Under the pieces are notes generated by a model that saw only the letters and a program-made list of their open reading frames with translations, searched no databases and had not been told where the DNA came from. Positions 1 through 8,434 of a stretch of DNA of 30,196 bases are shown piece by piece (the first letter of the stretch is position 1; each line of letters starts with the position of its first letter). Made by a program: the position numbers and the translations under genes. The stretch is from Candidatus Thorarchaeota archaeon (GTDB taxonomy: Archaea > Asgardarchaeota > Thorarchaeia > Thorarchaeales > Thorarchaeaceae), in contig JBHLQH010000002.1 in assembly GCA_048884965.1 (NCBI GenBank), positions 67,943 to 98,138 on the forward strand, read 5' to 3'.

Positions 1-54
1 GAATATCTTGACTTTCCAGTTCCCATTACCACATGAACCACATGATATCTCCAT
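1..54 (-). CDS. 5' end of a small CxxC (probable Zn-ribbon) protein, running off the window start
   Basis: Minus strand reads GGTGA RBS (65-61), ATG at 54, then MEISCGSCGNGNWKVKIF with no stop to the edge; not in the ORF track. Confidence 0.6.
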   Translation of the reverse strand, partial: MEISCGSCGNGNWKVKIF

Positions 55-59
55 TTTTA

Positions 60-262
60 GTCACCTATTGGTCGAGTTCTAGGTGCCCTTCAGTTTGTAG
101 GTCTTTAAATCCTCGCCCTAGGAAACAATAGATGTTGACACACGGTCCCCTTCGTGGTGTCACGCCTCGAACTATGACATCTGCTCCGAGCTTTCCAAGG
201 ACTCTCTCCTCCGGAAGCTCAGTTGCCGGCAGTTGCACCCTGCCATACTGCCGGCAATAACC
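60..262 (-). ncRNA. Structured 5' leader / candidate cis-regulatory RNA
   Basis: Perfect 11-bp stem 223-233/247-257; long hairpin 186-222; hairpin 136-162; stem 79-83/117-121; alternative pairings involving the RBS. Mismatches mostly resolve as G-U on the minus strand. Confidence 0.55.
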
Positions 263-316
263 CCAACTCTTTTTTCCAGTAATGATATACTTAGGAAAGC
301 ATATAGAAAGAATATC

Positions 317-361
317 CAGATATTACTATTAGATAATATTATATAATAATAGGAATATCTG
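317..361. promoter_or_regulatory. AT-rich imperfect inverted repeat in the divergent promoter region (possible operator)
   Basis: CAGATATT-a-CTATT ... AATAG-g-AATATCTG enclosing the palindrome ATTATATAAT. Confidence 0.35.
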
Positions 362-387
362 TATATGCCGCGTGGAGGATTTAGATA

Positions 388-1188
388 TTGTGGCGTTTGC
401 TCGAAGAAGAGGGTACTGATGTATTCAAGAATCTAGCATTGGAAGAAGCCATAGCGAGAGTGAACGCTGAACAAGAGGAGAAGATTAACACCCTCCGATT
501 TTGGAGAGCTGACTGTGCTGTTATACTCGGAAGATTCCAGTGCGTCCACAAGGAAATTGACATTGCATTCTGCCAGAAGAATGACATTGCTATAGCAAGG
601 AGATTCACAGGCGGCGGAACCGTCTTTCACGATATAGACAATCTGAATTTTGCTATTTGCCTTGATCAAAACAAACCCTATGTCAACAGAACCCTCAATG
701 AATTATATTGGAACTTCATAGGCGGGATAGCAACTGCACTACAAGAGATCGGGATTCCTGCGATCTATGATAGCTATAGATCTTGTTTACGAATCAATGG
801 CAAGAAAGTGACAGGTACTGCAGGGTGGTTGAAGCATGGAGTTTCGTTCATCCATGGCACACTCCTTATTGATTCGGATTTGGAAATTATGAGAAATGTA
901 CTGAAGGTACCTTCCAATCAACCGGTATACCTCCGTGATAATAGACGAATACGATGCCTAGAGAGCAAGCGCGATTCAGTTACCACTATTGCGAGGGAGG
1001 TGACCCGTCGCCCATCAGATGATGAGATAAAGAGCGCAATCATCAACGGCCTTGAGAAACTCTCTGGAGAGGATATTCAAAGCGGAAATATAACAGAACA
1101 GGAAACTGAACGTGCAGAGTCTTTATATCAGTCACAGTACAGTCAACCCGAGTGGAATCTTGGCACATTAGAGCAAGATGAGAAATGA
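388..1188 (+). CDS. lplA: Lipoate-protein ligase A, catalytic domain only (archaeal bipartite type)
   Basis: NLALEEA, LRFW, RRFTGGGTVFHD, KKVTGTAG, HGTLL and terminal Y..PEWN motifs; TTG start after GGAGG. Confidence 0.9.
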   Translation: MWRLLEEEGTDVFKNLALEEAIARVNAEQEEKINTLRFWRADCAVILGRFQCVHKEIDIAFCQKNDIAIARRFTGGGTVFHDIDNLNFAICLDQNKPYVNRTLNELYWNFIGGIATALQEIGIPAIYDSYRSCLRINGKKVTGTAGWLKHGVSFIHGTLLIDSDLEIMRNVLKVPSNQPVYLRDNRRIRCLESKRDSVTTIAREVTRRPSDDEIKSAIINGLEKLSGEDIQSGNITEQETERAESLYQSQYSQPEWNLGTLEQDEK

Positions 1189-1552
1189 GGAGATACCTCT
1201 GATGACTGATCATGATGTTGAGAAAATACTGAAGAGTTTCATGAGGCATTTTGGAGCACTAAATCGGGATATCCCCGACACGCGCAATGCTTTCACAGAT
1301 CTACAAAAAACAGTTCACAAGGACGGAGCACTATCAGCCAAGTTCAAAGAAATCATATGTATTGTCGCGTCAGTTCTAGCACCCTGCGAATCCTGCATTG
1401 TCTATCACACCAGCCAAGCTATCAAGCTGGGAGCGACGAGAGAAGAGATTATGGAAGCCTGTGGTGTAGCCATCGTAATGGGCGGAGGACCAGCTGCCTC
1501 ACATTTGGCACTCGTACAAGATGCCTTAGACAAATGGGCACCAAGGTCATAG
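1178..1552 (+). CDS. Carboxymuconolactone decarboxylase / AhpD-like protein
   Basis: DGALSAKFKEII, CESCIVYH (CxxC..H), GATREEIMEA, MGGGPA; overlaps the lplA stop (alternative start 1202). Confidence 0.85.
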   Translation: MRNEEIPLMTDHDVEKILKSFMRHFGALNRDIPDTRNAFTDLQKTVHKDGALSAKFKEIICIVASVLAPCESCIVYHTSQAIKLGATREEIMEACGVAIVMGGGPAASHLALVQDALDKWAPRS

Positions 1553-1570
1553 ACACTGAATACAGCGAAA

Positions 1571-2614
1571 TCATTCGAGCTGCGTGAAAAGGACCTTGAT
1601 TGCTTTTTGGGTTTCCATTAGCTCGAAACCCTTCTCCCATTCATCAAGAGATATTCGATGAGTGATGAGCGGCTTCACGTCAAGCTGCCCAGAGGCCATC
1701 ATCCTTAGTGTCATAACCCACGTTGAGGGTAGTGTTCCCCATGAACCAGACATAGTCAATTCCTTCTCGACTACATGATCAAGATAGAGGTCGGTATTCG
1801 TCCCTTGCGTTCCCAATAGAGTCACGTGCCCGGTGGTTTTGACAAACTCAAGAGCCTGTCTCCTTGCAGCCGCAGACCCTGAGGCCTCTATAACGACATC
1901 AGCACCGGCACAGTCAGTTTCGCCTCTGACAACATCTACGGCATTTTTCTCAGTTAGGACATCGATTGTTATATCAGCACCAACCGATTTGGCGATCTCG
2001 AAGCGCCATTGGTCCGAGGTGATACCTGTTACAATTACTTTGGCAGCACCCATCGCCTTTGCAACTTGAGTGGCGATTAATCCCATAGTGCCAGGTCCCT
2101 GAACTAGAACGACATCTCCAGGAGCTATTGGGGACCTCTCTGCAACGCAGCGGACTACACAAGCGGCTGGTTCAGATAGTGCTGCTTCTTGTAGTGAAAG
2201 ACCATCGGGCACCTTATGCAGCACGTATTCCGGAACAGAAACATACTTGGCAAAGCCCCCATTCGCGAGAGATACACCAAGGATTCTCTTCCCCTCTGCA
2301 GTGCATCTATTCACATGAGCATTCTTGCATTGGTAGCAATGGCCACAATATTGTGTTGCAGGAGATGTGACTCTATCGCCCAGATGAATATCCTTTACCC
2401 CATCACCTACTTCAACAACAGTTCCTGCATATTCATGTCCAAGAACAACAGGAGGTGTGTAGAAAGAGTGGTCCTGCCGAATGTGCATGTCGGTCCCACA
2501 AATTCCAGCTGCAGCGACTTCGATAAGTACCTCTCCACGAGCGGGTTTGGGCTTCTCGATATCACGTATCTCAATATTGCCTGTTCCACGTGCAATCTTC
2601 ATCAGCGCCTTCAT
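1571..2614 (-). CDS. Zn-dependent medium-chain alcohol dehydrogenase (threonine/sorbitol dehydrogenase-like)
   Basis: GICGTDMH, GHE, C-x2-C-x2-C-x7-C structural Zn site, GPGTMG Rossmann motif. Confidence 0.9.
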   Translation of the reverse strand: MKALMKIARGTGNIEIRDIEKPKPARGEVLIEVAAAGICGTDMHIRQDHSFYTPPVVLGHEYAGTVVEVGDGVKDIHLGDRVTSPATQYCGHCYQCKNAHVNRCTAEGKRILGVSLANGGFAKYVSVPEYVLHKVPDGLSLQEAALSEPAACVVRCVAERSPIAPGDVVLVQGPGTMGLIATQVAKAMGAAKVIVTGITSDQWRFEIAKSVGADITIDVLTEKNAVDVVRGETDCAGADVVIEASGSAAARRQALEFVKTTGHVTLLGTQGTNTDLYLDHVVEKELTMSGSWGTLPSTWVMTLRMMASGQLDVKPLITHRISLDEWEKGFELMETQKAIKVLFTQLE

Positions 2615-2680
2615 GGACTGACCTCGGACCGTGGAAGAATATAGCTATTATAGAATGTTGTGGAGTAGCCATGAAGAAGA

Positions 2681-2947
2681 TCATATGGAGCTCAGAAAGT
2701 TGCTACTCTCCTCTCCTTCATCCTCAGGTCGAACACGAAAACCGTTACCTTGTTCATTTCGAAGGGATGAGGCAGTCTGTGCACCCACGAATCTCTTGCG
2801 GACATCAGCGTTCTTACCCATCCAAACATAGATGTTTTTGTTTGCATCGTCAATGATACAGTACACGCTCTCAGAAGAAAGACTCTGACGAGTAACCTCG
2901 ACCTGATGGGAGGTGCCGTCCTCATGCATTTCGTATGCTAAGGTCAT
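2681..2947 (-). CDS. Single-domain gelsolin-like protein (ProGel-like)
   Basis: LSSESVYCII, IYVWMGKNA and EDEGEESSNF match the gelsolin repeat consensus; start at MTLAYE. Confidence 0.8.
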   Translation of the reverse strand: MTLAYEMHEDGTSHQVEVTRQSLSSESVYCIIDDANKNIYVWMGKNADVRKRFVGAQTASSLRNEQGNGFRVRPEDEGEESSNFLSSI

Positions 2948-3049
2948 CGGGGGAAATGACTCCTTTCTAGCGTGAGATATGTTTCTCATACTTCCTCTTT
3001 ATTCTTCCGGATTATATACTTGAATACTTTTAGCGTATTATCTCAGGAG

Positions 3050-3397
3050 CTACACATTCTCAAAACGTGCCTTCACAGTACTTCCACAATAGGTACATTT
3101 CGCCTCCATGGGTCCCACCCAATCAATTCCTTCATACGATAGGGAAGCATTGCATGAAGGACATTTGTCAGGAAGCCTAACTGTCTTCATCTCAGATCCA
3201 TCAGATCTTGTTCGTGCGTGAGGTATAACAAATGAAGGAGCCTCAATTGTCCATCCACCCTGAGTCATGGACTGACTTGTTTGACATATCTTTGTTATCA
3301 CAAAGATGAAGATGATTAGGAATACGATGATTGGGATGATAAAGAATAACCCAAAGAAACTGAAAAAGAAATCAAAGAAATCGAAACTGAACTGCAT
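3050..3397 (-). CDS. Single-pass membrane protein with C-terminal Zn ribbon
   Basis: Phe/Ile-rich TM segment, then CPSC...CTYCG. Confidence 0.75.
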   Translation of the reverse strand: MQFSFDFFDFFFSFFGLFFIIPIIVFLIIFIFVITKICQTSQSMTQGGWTIEAPSFVIPHARTRSDGSEMKTVRLPDKCPSCNASLSYEGIDWVGPMEAKCTYCGSTVKARFENV

Positions 3398-3552
3398 CTA
3401 CTCTCTCCTCGTACGGGCTTTGTTCTTGTTTGCTTCAAGAATTGCAATGCTTATTAGATTTGCCCGTCAAAAGCAAAAAATCGCATCTTCGCAAGAGATT
3501 TATACGGAGGAAAACATCGACCTTTTGGAACTTACAAGGTGGAGAAATAACT

Positions 3553-3912
3553 ATGCAGATTCCATCATTCTTGTTGAAGAAATTATATGTTAAGGGTAGC
3601 CTTGAGAATGTTGACGACGGATTCCACTTCAAGTTGAAGAACTCGTTGTCACCAGGAACTGCGATTGGCATGGAGCCAATCAAAGTGAATGGCCAAGAAT
3701 ACTCTCTTGCCGATACAACCATCAGTACAGAGGGATCTTCGATGGTTGCCGCAGACGTGAATGGCGATCAAGCCTTCGCAATCAAGGTTGGAGTGGACAT
3801 TGTGATCCACATCAAAGGAACACCATTGGCTGAAGGCGACCATAAGATTGACATTTCACTAACTACAAAGGAAGCTGGCAAGCTGGCTTTCGATGTGTCA
3901 GATAGTATCTAA
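3553..3912 (+). CDS. Small beta-sandwich protein (resembles DUF6379 / N-terminal domain of some HMG-CoA reductases)
   Basis: GGTGGAG RBS, ATG 3553; MQIPSFLLKKLYVKGSL..GF.FKLKNSL pattern recalled from that family. Confidence 0.55.
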   Translation: MQIPSFLLKKLYVKGSLENVDDGFHFKLKNSLSPGTAIGMEPIKVNGQEYSLADTTISTEGSSMVAADVNGDQAFAIKVGVDIVIHIKGTPLAEGDHKIDISLTTKEAGKLAFDVSDSI

Positions 3913-3919
3913 ATTCAGA

Positions 3920-3957
3920 TGCAGAGGGTCCAAGGACCCTTTGCAGTCTATGTTTTT
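3920..3957. terminator. Hairpin between convergent genes followed by a T-run
   Basis: TGCAGAGGGTCC-AA-GGACCCTTTGCA (3920-3945) then TGTTTTT. Confidence 0.6.
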
Positions 3958-3965
3958 CTAAAAGC

Positions 3966-5513
3966 TCATCCTTTTTTCATTTTAATGACAACTACGATTA
4001 CTATGACAACTGCCACTATGCCAATAATTCCAACAATCAGTAAAATATCTGCAGGAGTCCCAGGGGGTGGAGTGGTTGTGTCGGTACCCCCAGTGTCAGG
4101 AATGATTGTGCTGAATACAAAGCGAGCGCTACTCCAGATGCCTTCTGAATTCTCAGCATACACATCAAGGGTGTGCTCACCTTCAGGACCAGGAAGTCCC
4201 GAAATTTCCGTTGTGTTTGAAGCGCCGTCCCATGAGAAGTATTTTGTAACTGGGTCCTCACTGAAGAGAATGAAAGGAACGGTGCCAATAGGTTTGGAAC
4301 TAGTATTCGCAATGACACGATCAACGATCTCTATTGGACCATCATAGGGTAGATTATACTGATCGAATAGCGTACCATCGGGTGTAATCGCGGAGAAATT
4401 CACTGCATGAGCACTTACTGCGGAGAGCATATAGTGATAGAGGCCAGTGCTCCACGGACTATTATACAGTGGTGCACCTAATCCGCCAGTGATGATGTGT
4501 ACAACACCATTCACTGTCACTCGGTCATATGTATGGTCATGCCCAACTGCGAATAGAGTGACATTCTTTTCCTCAAATAGCTCCTGAAGTCCATCGCGCT
4601 CATCTGTGTCAATATCTAATGCACTGCCAACATGAGTGACTGGATAAAGCGGACGATGAGCAAATACGAACTTCATCTTTTCTGGATTTGCATCGAGGTC
4701 CTGCACGAGCCAATCGTATTGAGTACCAACGATATGCCCTTCAAGATCCTCTAATTCACTGTCAAGGATAGTGAAATGAACTCCTGCATAGTCGAAGGAA
4801 AAATACGTGGTGTTCTCCCCTGTGTTTATGAAAGCATCGAGGTAGTATTGAATCTGGTACTCGCCATATGACACGCCAGTGTCGTGATTGCCAACAATTC
4901 CTATTACTGGGGCATAGTGCCCAATGTGATCTGTGATATCTGTAAAGAGCTTCCAAGTGTTAAGATTAGCTGAGTCAGATGTAGTCACTGAATAGACAAA
5001 ATCTCCAGTAAGCACGACAAGATGAGGCTCTTCTTCAATAATTCTTTCTGCAAGCTCTGAGAAGATTTCTGGCTGAGTTGGATGCTCTGAGCTCCCTGGC
5101 CGATTGTCGCCTGCAATGACGAGTCGGAATTCTTCTCCGTCAGCAGGAGCTGTGTGGAATGAGTACATTTCACTCTCAACAATTCCAGATTCAACTGTGT
5201 AGTAATACTTTGTATCCATATCCAAGCCATCAAGTCTGATCAGATGATCCGTTACGGTGGTCGCATTCGTTACTGATTCCAAAAGACTCGTATTCTTCCC
5301 AAAATGCACTATCGAGTTTTCTGATGTTGCAGTTCTCCAAAAGATTGAGGCAGTATCGTTAGATACAAGATTGACGGTTGGACCCCTGATAAAGTCTGAG
5401 CTATCCGATATAACAAAACTGGTGCTACTGACATTCACTGGGGCAATGGCAATTGCAATCAACGGAGAACATAGTAATGATAATAGAACGAAGGTCGATA
5501 CTGTTCTTCCCAT
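3966..5513 (-). CDS. Secreted, C-terminally anchored metallophosphoesterase (purple acid phosphatase-like with FN3 domain)
   Basis: Signal peptide; FN3-like H..RL.GL..DTKYYY; GDNR, TGDFV, GNHD, AHRP, GHDH motifs; Thr/Pro linker, TM helix, KMKKG tail. Confidence 0.85.
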   Translation of the reverse strand: MGRTVSTFVLLSLLCSPLIAIAIAPVNVSSTSFVISDSSDFIRGPTVNLVSNDTASIFWRTATSENSIVHFGKNTSLLESVTNATTVTDHLIRLDGLDMDTKYYYTVESGIVESEMYSFHTAPADGEEFRLVIAGDNRPGSSEHPTQPEIFSELAERIIEEEPHLVVLTGDFVYSVTTSDSANLNTWKLFTDITDHIGHYAPVIGIVGNHDTGVSYGEYQIQYYLDAFINTGENTTYFSFDYAGVHFTILDSELEDLEGHIVGTQYDWLVQDLDANPEKMKFVFAHRPLYPVTHVGSALDIDTDERDGLQELFEEKNVTLFAVGHDHTYDRVTVNGVVHIITGGLGAPLYNSPWSTGLYHYMLSAVSAHAVNFSAITPDGTLFDQYNLPYDGPIEIVDRVIANTSSKPIGTVPFILFSEDPVTKYFSWDGASNTTEISGLPGPEGEHTLDVYAENSEGIWSSARFVFSTIIPDTGGTDTTTPPPGTPADILLIVGIIGIVAVVIVIVVVIKMKKG

Positions 5514-5625
5514 GTTTAAGACCCAGAAGATATCCGACAATCAACGTATTAAAGGATAAGGTAGGGAGAACAGATGATGGAATAGTTTTTTACAGAGAAT
5601 TCAAGTCTGAACTTGGTGGTTTGAT

Positions 5626-6534
5626 GTGTATGTAAAGATTAGGAGAGACGGAGCCATCGGATTAGGTCGAGGAACCGAAGGAGCAGAAGAAATCACGCTA
5701 GGCTATGGAGAAGCCCACATGATTGCTGCAGCTTTGGACAAGTTAGCTCAAACAGCAAGGAGCTACAAACAGACCTACAAGAAGACCACAGATGTGGGCA
5801 AAGGGAATAAGATAGATTTTGAGCGCGCCGAAGATGGTTCAATTATTATTGCTGGAGATGGACAGAGGTATATTTGTACAGAGAAGCAAGTCAGAGAATT
5901 ATCGGAGGTCCTCAAACATCTACCACCTGTAGAAGTCGCCCCACCTTCAGATTATGTCAACAAGACGAGGCCAAATCAAGGCTTCTGCCTTGTTCTGCAG
6001 AATGGAGGAAATAGCATTCCCCTCATGCTTCATGAAGCGGCATTGCTAAAGACATCTGTCAATTCTAGTATAGGTGGCAAGTTCTACAAGGAACGAATAA
6101 AGATTGGCGGACGCGATTTGATGGTCGAACGAAGTAGCGACCTCAAATGGAAGATATCCTCTTCTGACCAGGAAGTGAAATTCACGGCCTTCGAAGTAGA
6201 GGGATTGATCCAGGGACTTCATAATGGTGTCCTCGATGTCTTGATGGATCTGGTGAAATCCTTTGGAAGTGACTCCTTAGCGGATATACGTGTGAAGAGT
6301 CATATTCAGAGGGTGGAGCAGGAAACCGCGAAGCTATTCCAAGACGACAAGAGTGGAAAGGGTCTCGCGAAAAGCATAGTGAAATCAAGCAGGAAAATCA
6401 TCGGAACTGGCGAGGATGCTGAATCCAGAACTCTGGAATTCATAGACCTATGCAACTACGTCCATGCCAGTGTTAATCCAGAGCATCATGAAACTCTCTT
6501 CAAGCTGTTCTCATCAGTCTTCGTTCCAGAATAA
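5626..6534 (+). CDS. Hypothetical protein with four beta-beta-beta-alpha repeats (PUR/PC4-like?)
   Basis: 302-aa ORF, GTG start after GGTGG; repeated short strands followed by an amphipathic helix. Confidence 0.6.
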   Translation: MYVKIRRDGAIGLGRGTEGAEEITLGYGEAHMIAAALDKLAQTARSYKQTYKKTTDVGKGNKIDFERAEDGSIIIAGDGQRYICTEKQVRELSEVLKHLPPVEVAPPSDYVNKTRPNQGFCLVLQNGGNSIPLMLHEAALLKTSVNSSIGGKFYKERIKIGGRDLMVERSSDLKWKISSSDQEVKFTAFEVEGLIQGLHNGVLDVLMDLVKSFGSDSLADIRVKSHIQRVEQETAKLFQDDKSGKGLAKSIVKSSRKIIGTGEDAESRTLEFIDLCNYVHASVNPEHHETLFKLFSSVFVPE

Positions 6535-6547
6535 TGCAGAAGAGCGA

Positions 6548-7981
6548 TCATTCAAGGTCCAGAGTTGGTGACATTATCGCTGTGGACCATGGATATCGCT
6601 CTAGAATTCTTTGCATGAGCCGATTTACTTTGAACTCTTCAGATGTACCTGAATATGCTAGAAGTGTGACAACACCACCACGTGTACGCTTTATCTTCTG
6701 ATACATCGTTTTGCTTGTGTTTATTGTATCACAGATTACCATAACTTCGGCCTGAGGGATGTCAAGATCTCGCTCCCCAACGGGGGACATCACAAGCACG
6801 GATATCGAGTCGTCCTCACGAAACTGTCTAAGAACTTGACCTTTATCACGGGTCTGTCCCGTTATTGTCAGAACAGAGTGACCCGCCTTCTCAAGAACAT
6901 CCTGAATCTGGGAGACCATCTCCAGATACGAGGTGAGAACAAGCGTTTTCTTGTGCTGCTGTGCAATCTTTAGCACTCGAATCGTTTTGGCTGATATTTC
7001 AGGAAGAACGCGTCGCAGATCAGAGATATTGAAGTATTGCTTTACGTGGGGACCATAGAACATCCTAATGAATTGCTTTGGGGGCATTGCGTAGACATAC
7101 TTTCTGAGCATCAGTAAACTGGAGTATCTTCCTTTGAGCTCATCAGGAACGGGGAGTCTTTCAAGGAGCAGATGGATACGTCTAGTATCTCCTTCGATCA
7201 TCTCCAGATTATCCTGTTCACGCAGGTCTTGTGCGATCTCCTGTCGTGCGTTTCGTATCAACTCATCAAGCACAATGGATATCGAACGAATTCGTGCATC
7301 AAAGACTGTGCTCATTGTCAGAAAGGTTGGTTCCAGATAATCTTCTACATCCGTATCGTAGAGGTCCTCCATTGAGATTAGCGCTGCATCAGGGATATGC
7401 TTCTTCAATGTATTGAGTTCTTTTCTGATCTCCAGTTGCTCCTTATTGAAGACGGCGTGATCATCCCGCAAGGTTCCACTCATCCCTATGATCCATTTAT
7501 GCTTGAACAGGAGGAGAAGTGTAGGCCATGGAAAGACCAGGTTCGTTCGTCCAGCTGTCCGTCGAACAAGTGTATCGACCTCATTTATCAGGATGACTTC
7601 GAACGGGTCGAACAAGCTGATGTCCTTTCGTGCCATTGATGCAAGAACCTGAGGTGTGGCCACCACGACCCTTTTTTCCTTCAGAACATAGGGTCTACGC
7701 CCTGATGGTACTCTCGAAGATAGTTCCCCAAGGTCCTCATCAAGACCTTCATACTCGCTTCTAAGATAATCGACTGTTTCAGCCAAGGATGAGGAGGAAT
7801 GAACTACGATGATGAATCGCTTGTCTGGAAATCGCTCTTGGACGAGCTGATGAGTTATGAATCGTTTTCCGAGACCGCAATCAAGCTCTAGAAGTAGATT
7901 GGTATCAGCCATCTCGTCCACGCGATCGAGTATGAATGATTGGTATCCCCTTGGTGTGTATTTTTGCTTGGGTGAAGACAT
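6548..7981 (-). CDS. SF2 (Hef/ERCC4-like) helicase homolog with degenerate motifs
   Basis: PRGYQ Q-motif, CGLGKR, VVATPQ, NEVD, GMSGT, GERDLDIP, QKIKRTRG in SF2 order. Confidence 0.8.
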   Translation of the reverse strand: MSSPKQKYTPRGYQSFILDRVDEMADTNLLLELDCGLGKRFITHQLVQERFPDKRFIIVVHSSSSLAETVDYLRSEYEGLDEDLGELSSRVPSGRRPYVLKEKRVVVATPQVLASMARKDISLFDPFEVILINEVDTLVRRTAGRTNLVFPWPTLLLLFKHKWIIGMSGTLRDDHAVFNKEQLEIRKELNTLKKHIPDAALISMEDLYDTDVEDYLEPTFLTMSTVFDARIRSISIVLDELIRNARQEIAQDLREQDNLEMIEGDTRRIHLLLERLPVPDELKGRYSSLLMLRKYVYAMPPKQFIRMFYGPHVKQYFNISDLRRVLPEISAKTIRVLKIAQQHKKTLVLTSYLEMVSQIQDVLEKAGHSVLTITGQTRDKGQVLRQFREDDSISVLVMSPVGERDLDIPQAEVMVICDTINTSKTMYQKIKRTRGGVVTLLAYSGTSEEFKVNRLMQRILERYPWSTAIMSPTLDLE

Positions 7982-8019
7982 CCTATCAGCTCATAGTGTT
8001 ACGGTCTTATGAATCCATA

Positions 8020-8415
8020 TCAAAACTGCTTGAAAACCTTCGCCAATGAAGGTCCCTTCACATGAGTCTTGAACTCAGTGAATACACCATACTCGACGAT
8101 ATGGACTGAAAAGTCCCGTTCCCTCAGCCGCTCTGCAGTTTCCTCTATGAGTCGCTCTGCGAACTCTGGATCCGATTTACTGTCCTCGAGATGAGCAAAG
8201 GGATGGAGAATGATTGATGTGACATCATTCTTCTGTGCCAACCATCTAACATTCTTGACCATCTTGCGTAGGATGCTGATTCTATCCTGTTCATCCTTCT
8301 CTTCAGAGTGAATCCATACCAGAAGGGACTCATCAAGTGACACCCCTGGATCGGATTCGTCAGATTCATTCACTCTATACCAGAAGCTCGTCACGTGGAA
8401 CATCAACATACGCAT
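8020..8415 (-). CDS. Free-standing threonyl-tRNA synthetase editing domain protein
   Basis: MRMLMFH..F.Y, VWIHSEEKDE, ILHPFAHL, KG.SLA pattern of the archaeal ThrRS N-terminal editing fold. Confidence 0.8.
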   Translation of the reverse strand: MRMLMFHVTSFWYRVNESDESDPGVSLDESLLVWIHSEEKDEQDRISILRKMVKNVRWLAQKNDVTSIILHPFAHLEDSKSDPEFAERLIEETAERLRERDFSVHIVEYGVFTEFKTHVKGPSLAKVFKQF

Positions 8416-8434
8416 GAGAATTACGTCCAGTTCT

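Noticed and set aside
60-262. Glycine riboswitch, RNase P or SRP identity for the leader (GGAGAGA, GAAGG, GAGGA..GUCC, GGAGCAG fragments)
   Set aside because: Lacks CUCUCAGG, exact GAGGAAAGUCC with its partner strand, and the SRP helix 8 motif
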